DNA of 26,680 nt from a virus (Duplodnaviria > Heunggongvirae > Uroviricota > Caudoviricetes). Shown one piece after another: positions 1 through 8,527 of this stretch. The notes under the pieces were generated by a model that worked only from the letters and a program-made list of their open reading frames with translations, was not told the origin of the DNA and did no database searches. Position numbers and translations under genes: made by a program. The stretch lies in the IMG/VR virus record IMGVR_UViG_3300011727_000001, positions 83,900-110,579 of that record; one strand, 5' to 3'. Position 1 is the stretch's first letter, and every line of letters begins with the position of its first letter.

Positions 1-566
1 ACTGAAGGAAAGTGCGTGGAAGTGCACACGGCAAGTTCCAGCTTATCTTTCATATTACGCTTGTCGATTTCACGCGGTTTGCCCTTATCATCATAGAGCA
101 GGGCGTGCGGCGTCATTGCTGCAAGAGAGTCCCAGACCCAGCAAATTGGCGCATCTGGGGCAATCAGTTTCTTGTCGCGAATGGTTTTTACAGCTGTGGC
201 AAAAATCGCAATCGATTGCTCGAATGTTTCCGGCTTACGATAAACCAAACGACCAGGCGTTGTGTCCAAACCGAGACGCGGTGCCAGTTTCAAAGAGAAC
301 GAGCGTTCGTGATCCATAAAGCCGGCAATACCACCAAGCTTTTGTGCAGCAGCCATTGCGGCGGTCGCGATTGCTGTTTTACCGGAAGAGGGCGGGCCGG
401 CAATTTCAACCATACGACCAACCGGAAAGCAGCCATTCCACGAGGATGAAGAAGCGTGATTAAGAGGTGGGAAGCCGCTATCAAGCCAGTGTTTAACGGT
501 CGCTTCATCGTCATTTTCACCGATTACGCCAAACAGTGTCTTTGCGATATCCTTAGCAGAAGCCAT
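1..566 (-). CDS. recA: RecA-family recombinase, 5' part (runs off the window edge; absent from the ORF track)
   Basis: Manual translation from ATG at 566 (purine-rich RBS AAAGGAA upstream): MASAKDIAKTLFGVIGENDDEATVKHWLDSGFPPLN...FPVGRMVEIAGPPSSGKTAIA...GFMDHERS...WVWDSLAAM. Matches RecA 'G.P.GRIVEI.GPESSGKT', 'F.D.E' and Walker B 'VVDS.AA'. Confidence 0.93.
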   Translation of the reverse strand, partial: MASAKDIAKTLFGVIGENDDEATVKHWLDSGFPPLNHASSSSWNGCFPVGRMVEIAGPPSSGKTAIATAAMAAAQKLGGIAGFMDHERSFSLKLAPRLGLDTTPGRLVYRKPETFEQSIAIFATAVKTIRDKKLIAPDAPICWVWDSLAAMTPHALLYDDKGKPREIDKRNMKDKLELAVCTSTHFPS

Positions 567-579
567 TTTCTATTCCTTT

Positions 580-939
580 CTATTCATCCAAGAAACCGAC
601 GCCATCATCATCGTCGTCTTCGGGTGGAACTTTTGGCGCACGCTTTCCTTGGCCAACAAGGCGCTCTGGGCGTGCGGGACGCACCGTGGGTGACGTCACG
701 TCATATTCTTTATCGAGAGAGAACCCGCCGTTTGCAGCGAGTGCGGTTTTCAGGGAGAGATTGGCTTTCTTGCTGCTGTCCTCATGGACGCCGGATAAAA
801 AGCCAAAAGCTTTGTCCACATGAGCTTGCTCAATATCGGAGCTATTCTCGATCAGGCGGATAAGGTCTGCATAGGTCTTGGCAACTTTACCAACCGCGGC
901 CTCGAACTTATCTCGCCCATTGGTCTTTTTCTCGCTCAT
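580..939 (-). CDS. Hypothetical protein, 119 aa, with acidic C-terminal tail (EDDDDDGVGFLDE)
   Basis: Open frame whose ATG overlaps the exonuclease stop (ATGA) and which ends 13 bp before recA; no family recognised. Confidence 0.8.
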   Translation of the reverse strand: MSEKKTNGRDKFEAAVGKVAKTYADLIRLIENSSDIEQAHVDKAFGFLSGVHEDSSKKANLSLKTALAANGGFSLDKEYDVTSPTVRPARPERLVGQGKRAPKVPPEDDDDDGVGFLDE

Positions 940-1886
940 GCTGCCTCCTGCATAGACGCTTGATACGCCGGAAAGACTTCAGTCCAACCCGCGAGGTCAG
1001 CCGTTAGCGAACGAAACATAAGCTTGTCGCAAAAGGCTCGCAGCTTATCGATATTCGGCTCACCCTTAGTGACTGTGAGATTGATTGGGGCGGGGCGACG
1101 TGTGGTTTTAAGATCCATCAGATCCAGATTACGCCGGAAAATGATCGCCTTTTCCTCATCTTCGATAAGAGCGCGATACTTCTTATGAAGGGAGTTGATA
1201 TCGATGCTCTTTTCAAGGATCACTGCATTGGTGAAATCCGCGACCGAGCCGTATGTTTGTAAAAAGTCCTTCGCGCCCTTCTCACCGATACCGCCAACGC
1301 CGGGAATATTGTCACCCATGTCACCCATTAACGCCTTCAATTCGAGAAACTGTTTTACGTCTTTGACGCCGTATTTTTCAGGCAGAAGGGAAGGGGTGAT
1401 TTTTCGGTCATTAACCGGATCGAACCATGTGACGGTCGGGCTGACGAGTTGAATCCAATCCCGGTCACCGGAGACGAGAACGATTTTATCGCCGCGCGGC
1501 TCAAAGCGCTGAACCATAATACCGGCAAGATCATCAGCCTCCATATTAACGGCGCGCACTTGATTAATACCAAGCAATTGAACGCCGATTTCAATCAGAC
1601 GTGATTGCTTTTTAAGGTTTTCACGCTGCTTTTTCAGCTCGACTTCTGCCGCGGTATCCTCTCTGTCACGATTTGCTTTGTAATCTGGAAATTGCATTTT
1701 ACGCCACGAAGCGCCGTCCCAGAGAACAGTCGGTGTAAAGAGATTTCCGTAAACAGACATAAGTCTGCGAAGGGTGCGCATCACGCCGAAAACAGCTTGC
1801 ACCTGTGTCTGACCAACAGTCAAAGTTGTGCCAGCATTTGCAGCATGTGCGATATTATTTCCATCAATGAGAAGATGGCGTTTCAT
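936..1886 (-). CDS. 5'-3' exonuclease / flap endonuclease (PolA N-terminal, T4 RNase H / T5 D15-like)
   Basis: Motifs LLIDGNN, FPDYKANR, MEADDLAG, VSGDRDWIQL and H3TH 'LMGDMGDNIPGVGGIGEKGA'. Confidence 0.95.
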   Translation of the reverse strand: MKRHLLIDGNNIAHAANAGTTLTVGQTQVQAVFGVMRTLRRLMSVYGNLFTPTVLWDGASWRKMQFPDYKANRDREDTAAEVELKKQRENLKKQSRLIEIGVQLLGINQVRAVNMEADDLAGIMVQRFEPRGDKIVLVSGDRDWIQLVSPTVTWFDPVNDRKITPSLLPEKYGVKDVKQFLELKALMGDMGDNIPGVGGIGEKGAKDFLQTYGSVADFTNAVILEKSIDINSLHKKYRALIEDEEKAIIFRRNLDLMDLKTTRRPAPINLTVTKGEPNIDKLRAFCDKLMFRSLTADLAGWTEVFPAYQASMQEAA

Positions 1887-1902
1887 GATCGTCCTTTCGT
1901 GG

Positions 1903-1945
1903 AAATAGAAAGGCCGGTATGCAGAGGTGCCATTGCATACCGGCC
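1903..1945 (-). terminator. Probable rho-independent terminator after ssb
   Basis: 12-bp perfect stem GGCCGGTATGCA (1912-1923) / TGCATACCGGCC (1934-1945), followed on the minus strand by TTTCTATTT. Confidence 0.6.
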
Positions 1946-2017
1946 AGCCGATCCGTTAGTTGGAGCTAAGTGAGGATCGGCGAGACGCGCCGCTTGTATG
2001 CCGGCGGCGCGATCCGA

Positions 2018-3034
2018 TTAAACGATCAGACCATCAAGCTCGGCGAGAACGTCATCCACCTCTGCAGAAGAAAGTTCAGCCTGCGCGGGAGTGGCCGCAG
2101 GGGTCGCTGCAGCGGGCGCCGGATCTTCGATTCCAGCAACAGCTGCGTCCAGCTCGGCATCACTGATTTCACCATCCCCGGTTTGGACAGCACCTTCTAC
2201 AGCCGCGGCTGTGGAGGTCAGTGCAGCGGCAGGGGTGCGCGTGGCTGTTTCGCTACCGGCGGTCGAGCCTGCTGCCATGAGTGCAGCGGTATTACCGGAT
2301 GCAGCGCCGCCAGCAATCGCAACCAGCTGAGCCTGCGGAATACCGGCGATCTGTCCAATCGCGTTAAGAGCTTTTGTTTCATCACCGCGGAAGAATTCCT
2401 TCGCGATATGCTCATGCAAGTCATGACACTTGGTGAGCGCATCTTTAGCGACCGGCTTGGAAACACCAGGCTTCACATTGACCGTGTATTCGGTATTGAG
2501 ACCTTTGCCGGAACGGGTGACGACAATATCAACACCGGCAGACAGATCGGTAATATCCATGCCTTCGTCGTCATACTGTTCCATCAGATCGAAAATCTGC
2601 TGTGCGACAGTTGGGCGAACTTCAAGGATTTCAATTTCCTGGGCTTCTGCATCGGACGAGCGGTCGATCGCGTTGAAGAGGACGTTCTTCGAGACTTTCC
2701 ATTCTTCGAAAATGCCCTTTGTCTGTTCATCATGCGCATACTTGCTGATAGCAAGATCAATCGCGGTGCCGACAGGACATGGTTCCTGATAACAAACGTC
2801 ACGGGAGCCGACCACAGCGAGAGGCTTGCCGTTCTTTTCAGCTTTAATCCAGTGAGTGCCAAGATCAGCCCAGAATTTACCAGATTCACCAACCCAAGGT
2901 GCGGTGGCTTTGGTAGGGGCGAGAATGCGATAGACGTTACGTCCTTCTTTAGGGCGAATACGTTTACCGTCGCTACGGCCGTATTTATTTTTAGCTTCGC
3001 TTACAGACTTACGGAGTGCTGGGGACAGTGCCAT
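2018..3034 (-). CDS. Single-stranded DNA-binding protein, T4 gp32-like
   Basis: gp32-type core (YRILAP...THWIK...PCPV...FNAID...DITDL..GVDIVVTRSGKGLNTEYTV), Ala-rich linker, acidic tail VDDVLAELDGL; lies in a replication/recombination cluster. Confidence 0.75.
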   Translation of the reverse strand: MALSPALRKSVSEAKNKYGRSDGKRIRPKEGRNVYRILAPTKATAPWVGESGKFWADLGTHWIKAEKNGKPLAVVGSRDVCYQEPCPVGTAIDLAISKYAHDEQTKGIFEEWKVSKNVLFNAIDRSSDAEAQEIEILEVRPTVAQQIFDLMEQYDDEGMDITDLSAGVDIVVTRSGKGLNTEYTVNVKPGVSKPVAKDALTKCHDLHEHIAKEFFRGDETKALNAIGQIAGIPQAQLVAIAGGAASGNTAALMAAGSTAGSETATRTPAAALTSTAAAVEGAVQTGDGEISDAELDAAVAGIEDPAPAAATPAATPAQAELSSAEVDDVLAELDGLIV

Positions 3035-3085
3035 TTGAGAATTCCTTTATTCATTCGTTAGTTCGTTTGGTCGTTCATGCAGAAA

Positions 3086-3120
3086 GCTATTTAGCTATTT
3101 AGCTAAATATATTTATAGCA
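3086..3120 (-). promoter_or_regulatory. ssb promoter: extended -10 TGCTATAAA plus TTTAGCTA repeats/palindrome
   Basis: TTTATAGCA at 3112-3120 (minus: TGCTATAAA); perfect palindrome TATTTAGCTAAATA 3096-3109; direct repeat GCTATTTA. Confidence 0.6.
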
Positions 3121-3156
3121 TTTACGCAGCGGAGTTCGTGTTTATTTTCAGGGTTT

Positions 3157-3363
3157 TTAGGAGTATTTGGCCGCGAGGCGATCGGCTTCCTCAGCCTCTT
3201 GACGCAGATTTTGAGCGCGGATCGCTGCAGCTTTTGCATCTGCATCTTCCATTTCTGCTTGGCTCAAAGCGCGTTCGCGAAATGCACGAAGTCGATCCAC
3301 GATCTTCGTCATTGGACGCATGATATCGGCGATGCTTTCTTCCTTACCAATGCTCAGTCTCAT
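3157..3363 (-). CDS. Small helical hypothetical protein, 68 aa
   Basis: AGGA RBS before ATG at 3363; preceded by operator and -10 element; coiled-coil-like composition. Confidence 0.7.
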   Translation of the reverse strand: MRLSIGKEESIADIMRPMTKIVDRLRAFRERALSQAEMEDADAKAAAIRAQNLRQEAEEADRLAAKYS

Positions 3364-3380
3364 ATTCGTTTCCTGTATTT

Positions 3381-3407
3381 TAAGTAACTGATTACTTATT
3401 TATAGCA
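3381..3407 (-). promoter_or_regulatory. Perfect 18-bp operator TAAGTAACTGATTACTTA abutting -10 TGCTATAAA
   Basis: Palindrome 3381-3398 (7-4-7); TTTATAGCA 3399-3407. Confidence 0.8.
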
Positions 3408-3427
3408 GTAAAAAAAAGGGATACGCG

Positions 3428-3976
3428 TTATTCTTCGCTACCATTTTGACGATCACGCCGACGATCCAAAATGCGCTGCTGCTGACCGCGACTTTCTTCA
3501 TCACGCGCATTTTTAACAGCCACGGCTAGCTCGCCCTTCATTTCCTCACGAGAAATCAAACCTTGCTGAACCAGCATATCTCGTCTGTGCCGGAAAGCTT
3601 CTACTGCCGTTTTTGCAACGGATTCAATTTGTTTAGCTTCGTTCAAGGCTTGCTTTGCCGCTACAACACGCGGATGACGCGTGACAATGGCGGCCAACTG
3701 CGGCTCGGTGACCTTTTCACCTTTTAGAGCTTTAGCATCACGCTCACGGCGAGAGATTTCCGCCTCGGTATTATCCAGAAGCAGTTTCATTTTATCGACC
3801 TGCATCGACGCTTTTGCAGCTCTGACACCGTAATCAGCAAACATAGCCGCCTGATCCTGCATAGCAGATGAAAGATCGGCTGTTGAATAGGCGAGATCGC
3901 GTCTCAACTCTGCGCCATCCACGTATTCAATAACTTTGATTACGCGCGGCGATCCTTTTTTTGCTTCCTCACTCAT
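3428..3976 (-). CDS. Coiled-coil protein, possibly a UvsY-like recombination mediator
   Basis: All-helical 182 aa with '...AVEAFRHRRDML' C-terminal segment reminiscent of UvsY; clustered with SSB and RecA. Family call is inference. Confidence 0.55.
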   Translation of the reverse strand: MSEEAKKGSPRVIKVIEYVDGAELRRDLAYSTADLSSAMQDQAAMFADYGVRAAKASMQVDKMKLLLDNTEAEISRRERDAKALKGEKVTEPQLAAIVTRHPRVVAAKQALNEAKQIESVAKTAVEAFRHRRDMLVQQGLISREEMKGELAVAVKNARDEESRGQQQRILDRRRDRQNGSEE

Positions 3977-3993
3977 AGCGAGGTTCCTTTCTT

Positions 3994-6900
3994 TTACGGG
4001 AGAAGATTTTGAACGGAATAGAACACGTCATCCATGTTCTTTTGTTTTTCAGGTGAGAAATAAATTTCCCCTGGTGCGAAACCAATTACCAAATTGGCAT
4101 CGAGTTCTTTCGAATAAACCACCTTACCGGCTTGATCCGACGCCTTGCCTTTAAAGTCTGGGAAGAAGTGTCGAACTGTGGTCGATCCGAGCAATACAAT
4201 GACCGGTGGTTTGATGGTGTCGATCTCTCTTTGGAGATAAGGCTCGTATGTTGCGATTTCCTCAGCCGACAACTGTTTATCGGCTTTGGCGCGTTTACAG
4301 AGCGCTGTCCAATAAGCATCCTCACGAGCGAGCCCATGAGTAGACATGGCGTCAATCACGCAACCAACAGCTTGGCTCCAACCCATAAGGCCAACTTCTT
4401 CTTCCTGCGCACCCGGACAGTCCTGAATAATCATAAACCGAGCGTCACGTCCAAAGTTCGGCTTAACCGGCAGACCGTCTGATGAACCACCTGGGCCATG
4501 TTTTTCGCGATATTCATGCGCAATAGCGCCGATATCATCTTTGGCGTGCTTGCTAGTATCCAGATCGCGATTAACCGGGACATTCGCGGTGATCAGTCCG
4601 GGAATGAGTTCAATCAAATCACGGACACGAGAGGGATCGGTCGCTGGCAACTGATCGCGCTCGATCCGACAGAATGCCCCGACACGATCAAGCGCATCTT
4701 GGTGCTTAATATTGCACTTGCGCTTCTCCACACGAGCGAGAAAATCCGCTTTATTACGGAATGGCCCGCTTTTGCGCGCTTCGAGGATTGCATTCGTCGT
4801 GTTGCCCGAAATCCCTTTAATACGCTGGAACGGGATAACCAATCGAACATCGGTCGCAATCTCAAAACGATCCGTGGAGATATTGATATCGGGCATAGAT
4901 ACATCAATGCCGAATTTTCCAGCATCACGAATAATACCCGGCAGCTTATCTTCATCCATCAGCGTTAGCGCTGCGGCGAAGAACTCAACCGGATAGTTTA
5001 CCTTCAGCCACATGGATTGATAGGAAATGAGCGTGTATTCAACCGAGTGGCTTTTATTGAACCCGTAACCGGCAAAGCCTTCGATCTTATCGAACAACTG
5101 GCCAGCCCATTCAGGATTGGCGCCGATCTTCGCCACGCAGCCATCGACGAACTTACCGCGTTCCTTCTTCATTTCTTCGGGTAGTTTCTTACCCATGATT
5201 TTGCGAAGTTTATCAGCATCAGCGGCGGAATAACCGGCGATAACCTGAGAAATCTTCATAACCTGTTCCTGATAAACAATCACACCGAAGGTTTCTTCGA
5301 GAACCGGCATCATGTCGGGATGGTCGTATTCGACGTTCTCATATCCCTGCTTGCGCAGATAAAAGCTTTCCATCATTCCTGACTCCATCGGCCCAGGGCG
5401 ATAGAGAGCGGTTGCGGCTGTGATATCATCAAAAGTAATAGCACCGCCTTGACCCAACTGCTTGAGCAAGCCGCGCATACCACCGGATTCAAACTGAAAA
5501 ATACCAGTCGTCATGCCGTTGGCGAAGTTTTCCAGCACCTTCTGATCATCCAAAGGAATACGCATAAGATCCGGACGCGCACCATGACGCTCTCGAACAT
5601 AGTCAAGCGTCAGATTGATCAAATCCAAGGTCGAGAGACCCAGAATATCCATCTTGACCAAACCCTGATCCTCAACGATGCGCTTATCCCAATTTACGAC
5701 AGAGCCTTCCTTTCGGCGCTCGATAACGGCACGCTCCACCAGATCGACCCCGCCAACAATCATGCCAGCGGCGTGTTGTCCGTAATTTCGCATGGTGCCT
5801 TCAAGACGTGTCATAACCTCCCAAAGATCTGAGTGCTTCTCTGAAAAAGCCTTAATTTCTGTTACCTGTTCGGCGCAGTCTGGCAAAGGGACGTTGGCGC
5901 CATGCAGCTTAGGCACGTATTTCGAGCAAACATACTCGCGCTCCGACAAACCAGCCACACGCCCGACGTCACGAATAGAGGATGCAGCCGCGAGTGCGGA
6001 GAAGTTGGAAACACCAGCAACTCGATCGGTTCCGTATTTGTCGTATAAATATTGGAAAATCTCATGACGGCGTTGAGACATGAAGTCCAAATCGGCATCG
6101 GGCAAGTCGATACGATCTGGATTAATAAAGCGTTCAAAAAGCAACCCAAAACGGATTGGATCGCATTCAGTAATGCCCATCAAGTAAGCGACCAGAGAAC
6201 CACCGACACTGCCGCGACCAGGGCCGACCAGTATCCCGCTTGATTTAGCGAACCGAACAACGTCCTCGACGAGAAGGAAATAACCGGAGAAGTTGAGCTT
6301 TTTGAGGATCTCAAGCTCATATTTGAGCCTTGGTTGATAGATGGTTGCAAGTTCTTCTTTGGTTGGTTGGTGACCGAAGACTGGCTTTGAGAATCTTTCA
6401 GCCCAGCCTTTTTTGCATGACGCCACGACGCTTGCGAATTCATTCTCCGACATCTGCGGGAGTGTGACTTCGGCTTTGCTCCATTCATAACTGACTGCAT
6501 CCACGAGTCCTTTTGTGTTGAGGAGACCTTGTTTAAAATACGCACCGGCGCTCGTGTTTCCGCGCTCGACAAAACGCTGTGACGCCTTGCCGACCTCTTT
6601 CGCCAGATCGGAAAAACCAATCAGGTGGAAGTCACGATTAAATGTTGATTTGTGCCAAGGATCTGCAATCTTATTGTTGTTGCAGATTGCCGACATGAAC
6701 TCCGCCGCATCTGCTTCACCTTCGCGATAGAATGCGGGACGCACGACAAGAGCTTCCGCGCCGCGACCGATCGCTTCAACCGACAACTCATTCAGTCTTG
6801 CAAAATACGGCGTATCGACAGGGATCATTGTTGCGTAAACATGACCAAGGCGCGATTGAATATTTTCCTGAATAATTGCGAAATCAGGATGCGTCATTAC

Positions 6901-7350
6901 GGGGTTTGAGTCCCCAAGAGTGAGGCGAATATCGTCTTTCGTGAGATTATCCAACTCGGCGTAAAGATCGGCGAAGTCCAAGCGGGACACGTAATAAAAT
7001 CGCGGTTCCGCATTGGCCAGGGTCAGCAATCGGAATACCGCCTTCAAGCCCTTTTCTGACAAAATATAAGCCGTCGCATGATAAATCGGCTGGCCTTTTT
7101 TATTCTTCTTATCCGCCTTGTCAGCGCGCCATGTGTGATCATCAACCAAACGCAAACGAACACCAATAACAGGCTTTAAATCCGCCTTTTTACACCGATT
7201 GGTAAAATCAATCATGGCGGTGATCGACATAGTGTCGGTGATCGCGACAGCTTTCTCACCAAGGGCTTTAGCCGTTTCTACGAGATGGCTGACCTGCAGA
7301 ATGGATTCACCAATGGAAAAATCCGTTTTCGCGGCGAGAATAGAATGCAT
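3994..7350 (-). CDS. dnaE: DNA polymerase III alpha (C-family) with degenerate PHP domain and C-terminal UDG-family-4-like domain
   Basis: GPGRGSVGGSLVAY, LLFERFINPDRIDLPDADLDF, GQHAAG, VKMDILGL, GIFQFES, LYRPGPM, VYQEQVM, YGFNKSHS motifs. Confidence 0.97.
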   Translation of the reverse strand: MHSILAAKTDFSIGESILQVSHLVETAKALGEKAVAITDTMSITAMIDFTNRCKKADLKPVIGVRLRLVDDHTWRADKADKKNKKGQPIYHATAYILSEKGLKAVFRLLTLANAEPRFYYVSRLDFADLYAELDNLTKDDIRLTLGDSNPVMTHPDFAIIQENIQSRLGHVYATMIPVDTPYFARLNELSVEAIGRGAEALVVRPAFYREGEADAAEFMSAICNNNKIADPWHKSTFNRDFHLIGFSDLAKEVGKASQRFVERGNTSAGAYFKQGLLNTKGLVDAVSYEWSKAEVTLPQMSENEFASVVASCKKGWAERFSKPVFGHQPTKEELATIYQPRLKYELEILKKLNFSGYFLLVEDVVRFAKSSGILVGPGRGSVGGSLVAYLMGITECDPIRFGLLFERFINPDRIDLPDADLDFMSQRRHEIFQYLYDKYGTDRVAGVSNFSALAAASSIRDVGRVAGLSEREYVCSKYVPKLHGANVPLPDCAEQVTEIKAFSEKHSDLWEVMTRLEGTMRNYGQHAAGMIVGGVDLVERAVIERRKEGSVVNWDKRIVEDQGLVKMDILGLSTLDLINLTLDYVRERHGARPDLMRIPLDDQKVLENFANGMTTGIFQFESGGMRGLLKQLGQGGAITFDDITAATALYRPGPMESGMMESFYLRKQGYENVEYDHPDMMPVLEETFGVIVYQEQVMKISQVIAGYSAADADKLRKIMGKKLPEEMKKERGKFVDGCVAKIGANPEWAGQLFDKIEGFAGYGFNKSHSVEYTLISYQSMWLKVNYPVEFFAAALTLMDEDKLPGIIRDAGKFGIDVSMPDINISTDRFEIATDVRLVIPFQRIKGISGNTTNAILEARKSGPFRNKADFLARVEKRKCNIKHQDALDRVGAFCRIERDQLPATDPSRVRDLIELIPGLITANVPVNRDLDTSKHAKDDIGAIAHEYREKHGPGGSSDGLPVKPNFGRDARFMIIQDCPGAQEEEVGLMGWSQAVGCVIDAMSTHGLAREDAYWTALCKRAKADKQLSAEEIATYEPYLQREIDTIKPPVIVLLGSTTVRHFFPDFKGKASDQAGKVVYSKELDANLVIGFAPGEIYFSPEKQKNMDDVFYSVQNLLP

Positions 7351-7877
7351 TACAAATTCTCCTTAAGAACCGCTCCCGCTTCTGTGTCAACGATGACACC
7401 GATATGGGCGAGCGCTTGAAACGCCATACGCGCGTGAGCGTCGGCTGTGTTTTTTTGCCAGCCAAGTTTTTGAACCAAGGCTTGAGCCAATAACGGTCTT
7501 GGAAGAGGGCGGCCGAGGCGCATGAGCAAATGACAAGCCACTTGCATAAAAGGGCTTCTGCCTTCGAACGGATTAATTCCCTGCTTGATTTTTTCAGTGA
7601 TACGGAGATCTGAAATATCTAATTTCTCAATCAGGCGGCGAACCTTCACAGGAAGAACCATTGATGCGGGATCATCAGTGGGACTTGCCGCCGGCTTTAG
7701 CTTAGGCCCTCTACGCGTTGGTTGAATACCAAAGCGCTGCCGTAAGGCTGCGAGGTTTTGTTCGTGAAGTGGCTGGCACTGGCTGTTAAAAGGACATGCC
7801 TGACAAATTGTATTATCCGGCTGAAACGCGAGTGCTGAACCAAAGCAACCTGGAGCGAAATTAGGAATATCTGTCAT
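7350..7877 (-). CDS. Hypothetical protein with N-terminal 4-Cys cluster and possible C-terminal winged helix
   Basis: PGCFG...CQACPFNSQC; translationally coupled to neighbours (ATGA overlap upstream, TAATG overlap with dnaE). Confidence 0.8.
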   Translation of the reverse strand: MTDIPNFAPGCFGSALAFQPDNTICQACPFNSQCQPLHEQNLAALRQRFGIQPTRRGPKLKPAASPTDDPASMVLPVKVRRLIEKLDISDLRITEKIKQGINPFEGRSPFMQVACHLLMRLGRPLPRPLLAQALVQKLGWQKNTADAHARMAFQALAHIGVIVDTEAGAVLKENL

Positions 7878-8527
7878 CTGGACATAGCCTCACACATGCG
7901 CTCCCCAAGGGCGCGAATTTCTTTCATTATTTCGGTGCGTTCTGGATTGGGCGCATCCATAAGATCGAAGATCATCCACGCGGTTAGACGGTTGGTGGAC
8001 GAGGCCGTCATCCCCATTTCATCACGAGCGTATTCGGCTTTTTTCTTCATCCGGATAACCTCATTCAGAAGCTCTTCCGGCTGTTCTCGCAGCAGTGTGA
8101 TAAAAAGCTGGGCGCGCGGTTTTAGTTTCCGAATGGCGTGCTTAAAATGCTGATCTTCTTCAAAATCGGTTTCCGTTTTGATCGTTTCATCTGCAATCGC
8201 ATCGGCAAGCGTAATCGGCTTGTCGCCGGAATTAGACATGCTTGCGTCCAGAGACATTGCGATAACTTCGGTATGACGGCGCTCAATGTGTTTTTCGATC
8301 ACTCGGTTGATATGCAGTCGCATACCGTTCAAGAGATAAGCCTGAAATGGAACACCTAATTCCGGAGAATAGGCTTGTGATGCTTTCACCCAAGCCATTC
8401 GCAGTTCTTGCTGAATATCTTCCATGCTGAATGCGCGGCCGCCATCGCCGGCGGCACACAAACGCTTCATCACACGCCATGAGAAGGCTTTAATTGCCTT
8501 CTCACTTTTTTGAGGCTCCAGCAGCAT
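7874..8527 (-). CDS. Sigma-70-family-like factor (region 2-like and region 4-like segments)
   Basis: 'EDIQQELRMAWVKASQAYSPELGVPFQAYLLNGMRLHINRVI' resembles region 2 (D..QE..I....A...FD..G..F.TY); SLDA...TLAD linker; 'AIRKLKPRAQLFI' resembles the start of region 4. Confidence 0.65.
   Translation of the reverse strand: MLLEPQKSEKAIKAFSWRVMKRLCAAGDGGRAFSMEDIQQELRMAWVKASQAYSPELGVPFQAYLLNGMRLHINRVIEKHIERRHTEVIAMSLDASMSNSGDKPITLADAIADETIKTETDFEEDQHFKHAIRKLKPRAQLFITLLREQPEELLNEVIRMKKKAEYARDEMGMTASSTNRLTAWMIFDLMDAPNPERTEIMKEIRALGERMCEAMSR

Noticed and set aside
12-863. Plus-strand ORFs 12-449 and 456-863 and minus ORF 290-520
   Set aside because: Shadows of recA and the 119-aa gene; no RBS or recognisable motifs.
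1970-3061. 363-aa plus-strand ORF
   Set aside because: Antisense shadow of the ssb gene.
3994-7350. Possible intein or split in dnaE
   Set aside because: Polymerase motifs are contiguous at normal spacing; no intein N-terminal C/S block, HN-C junction or LAGLIDADG motif seen.
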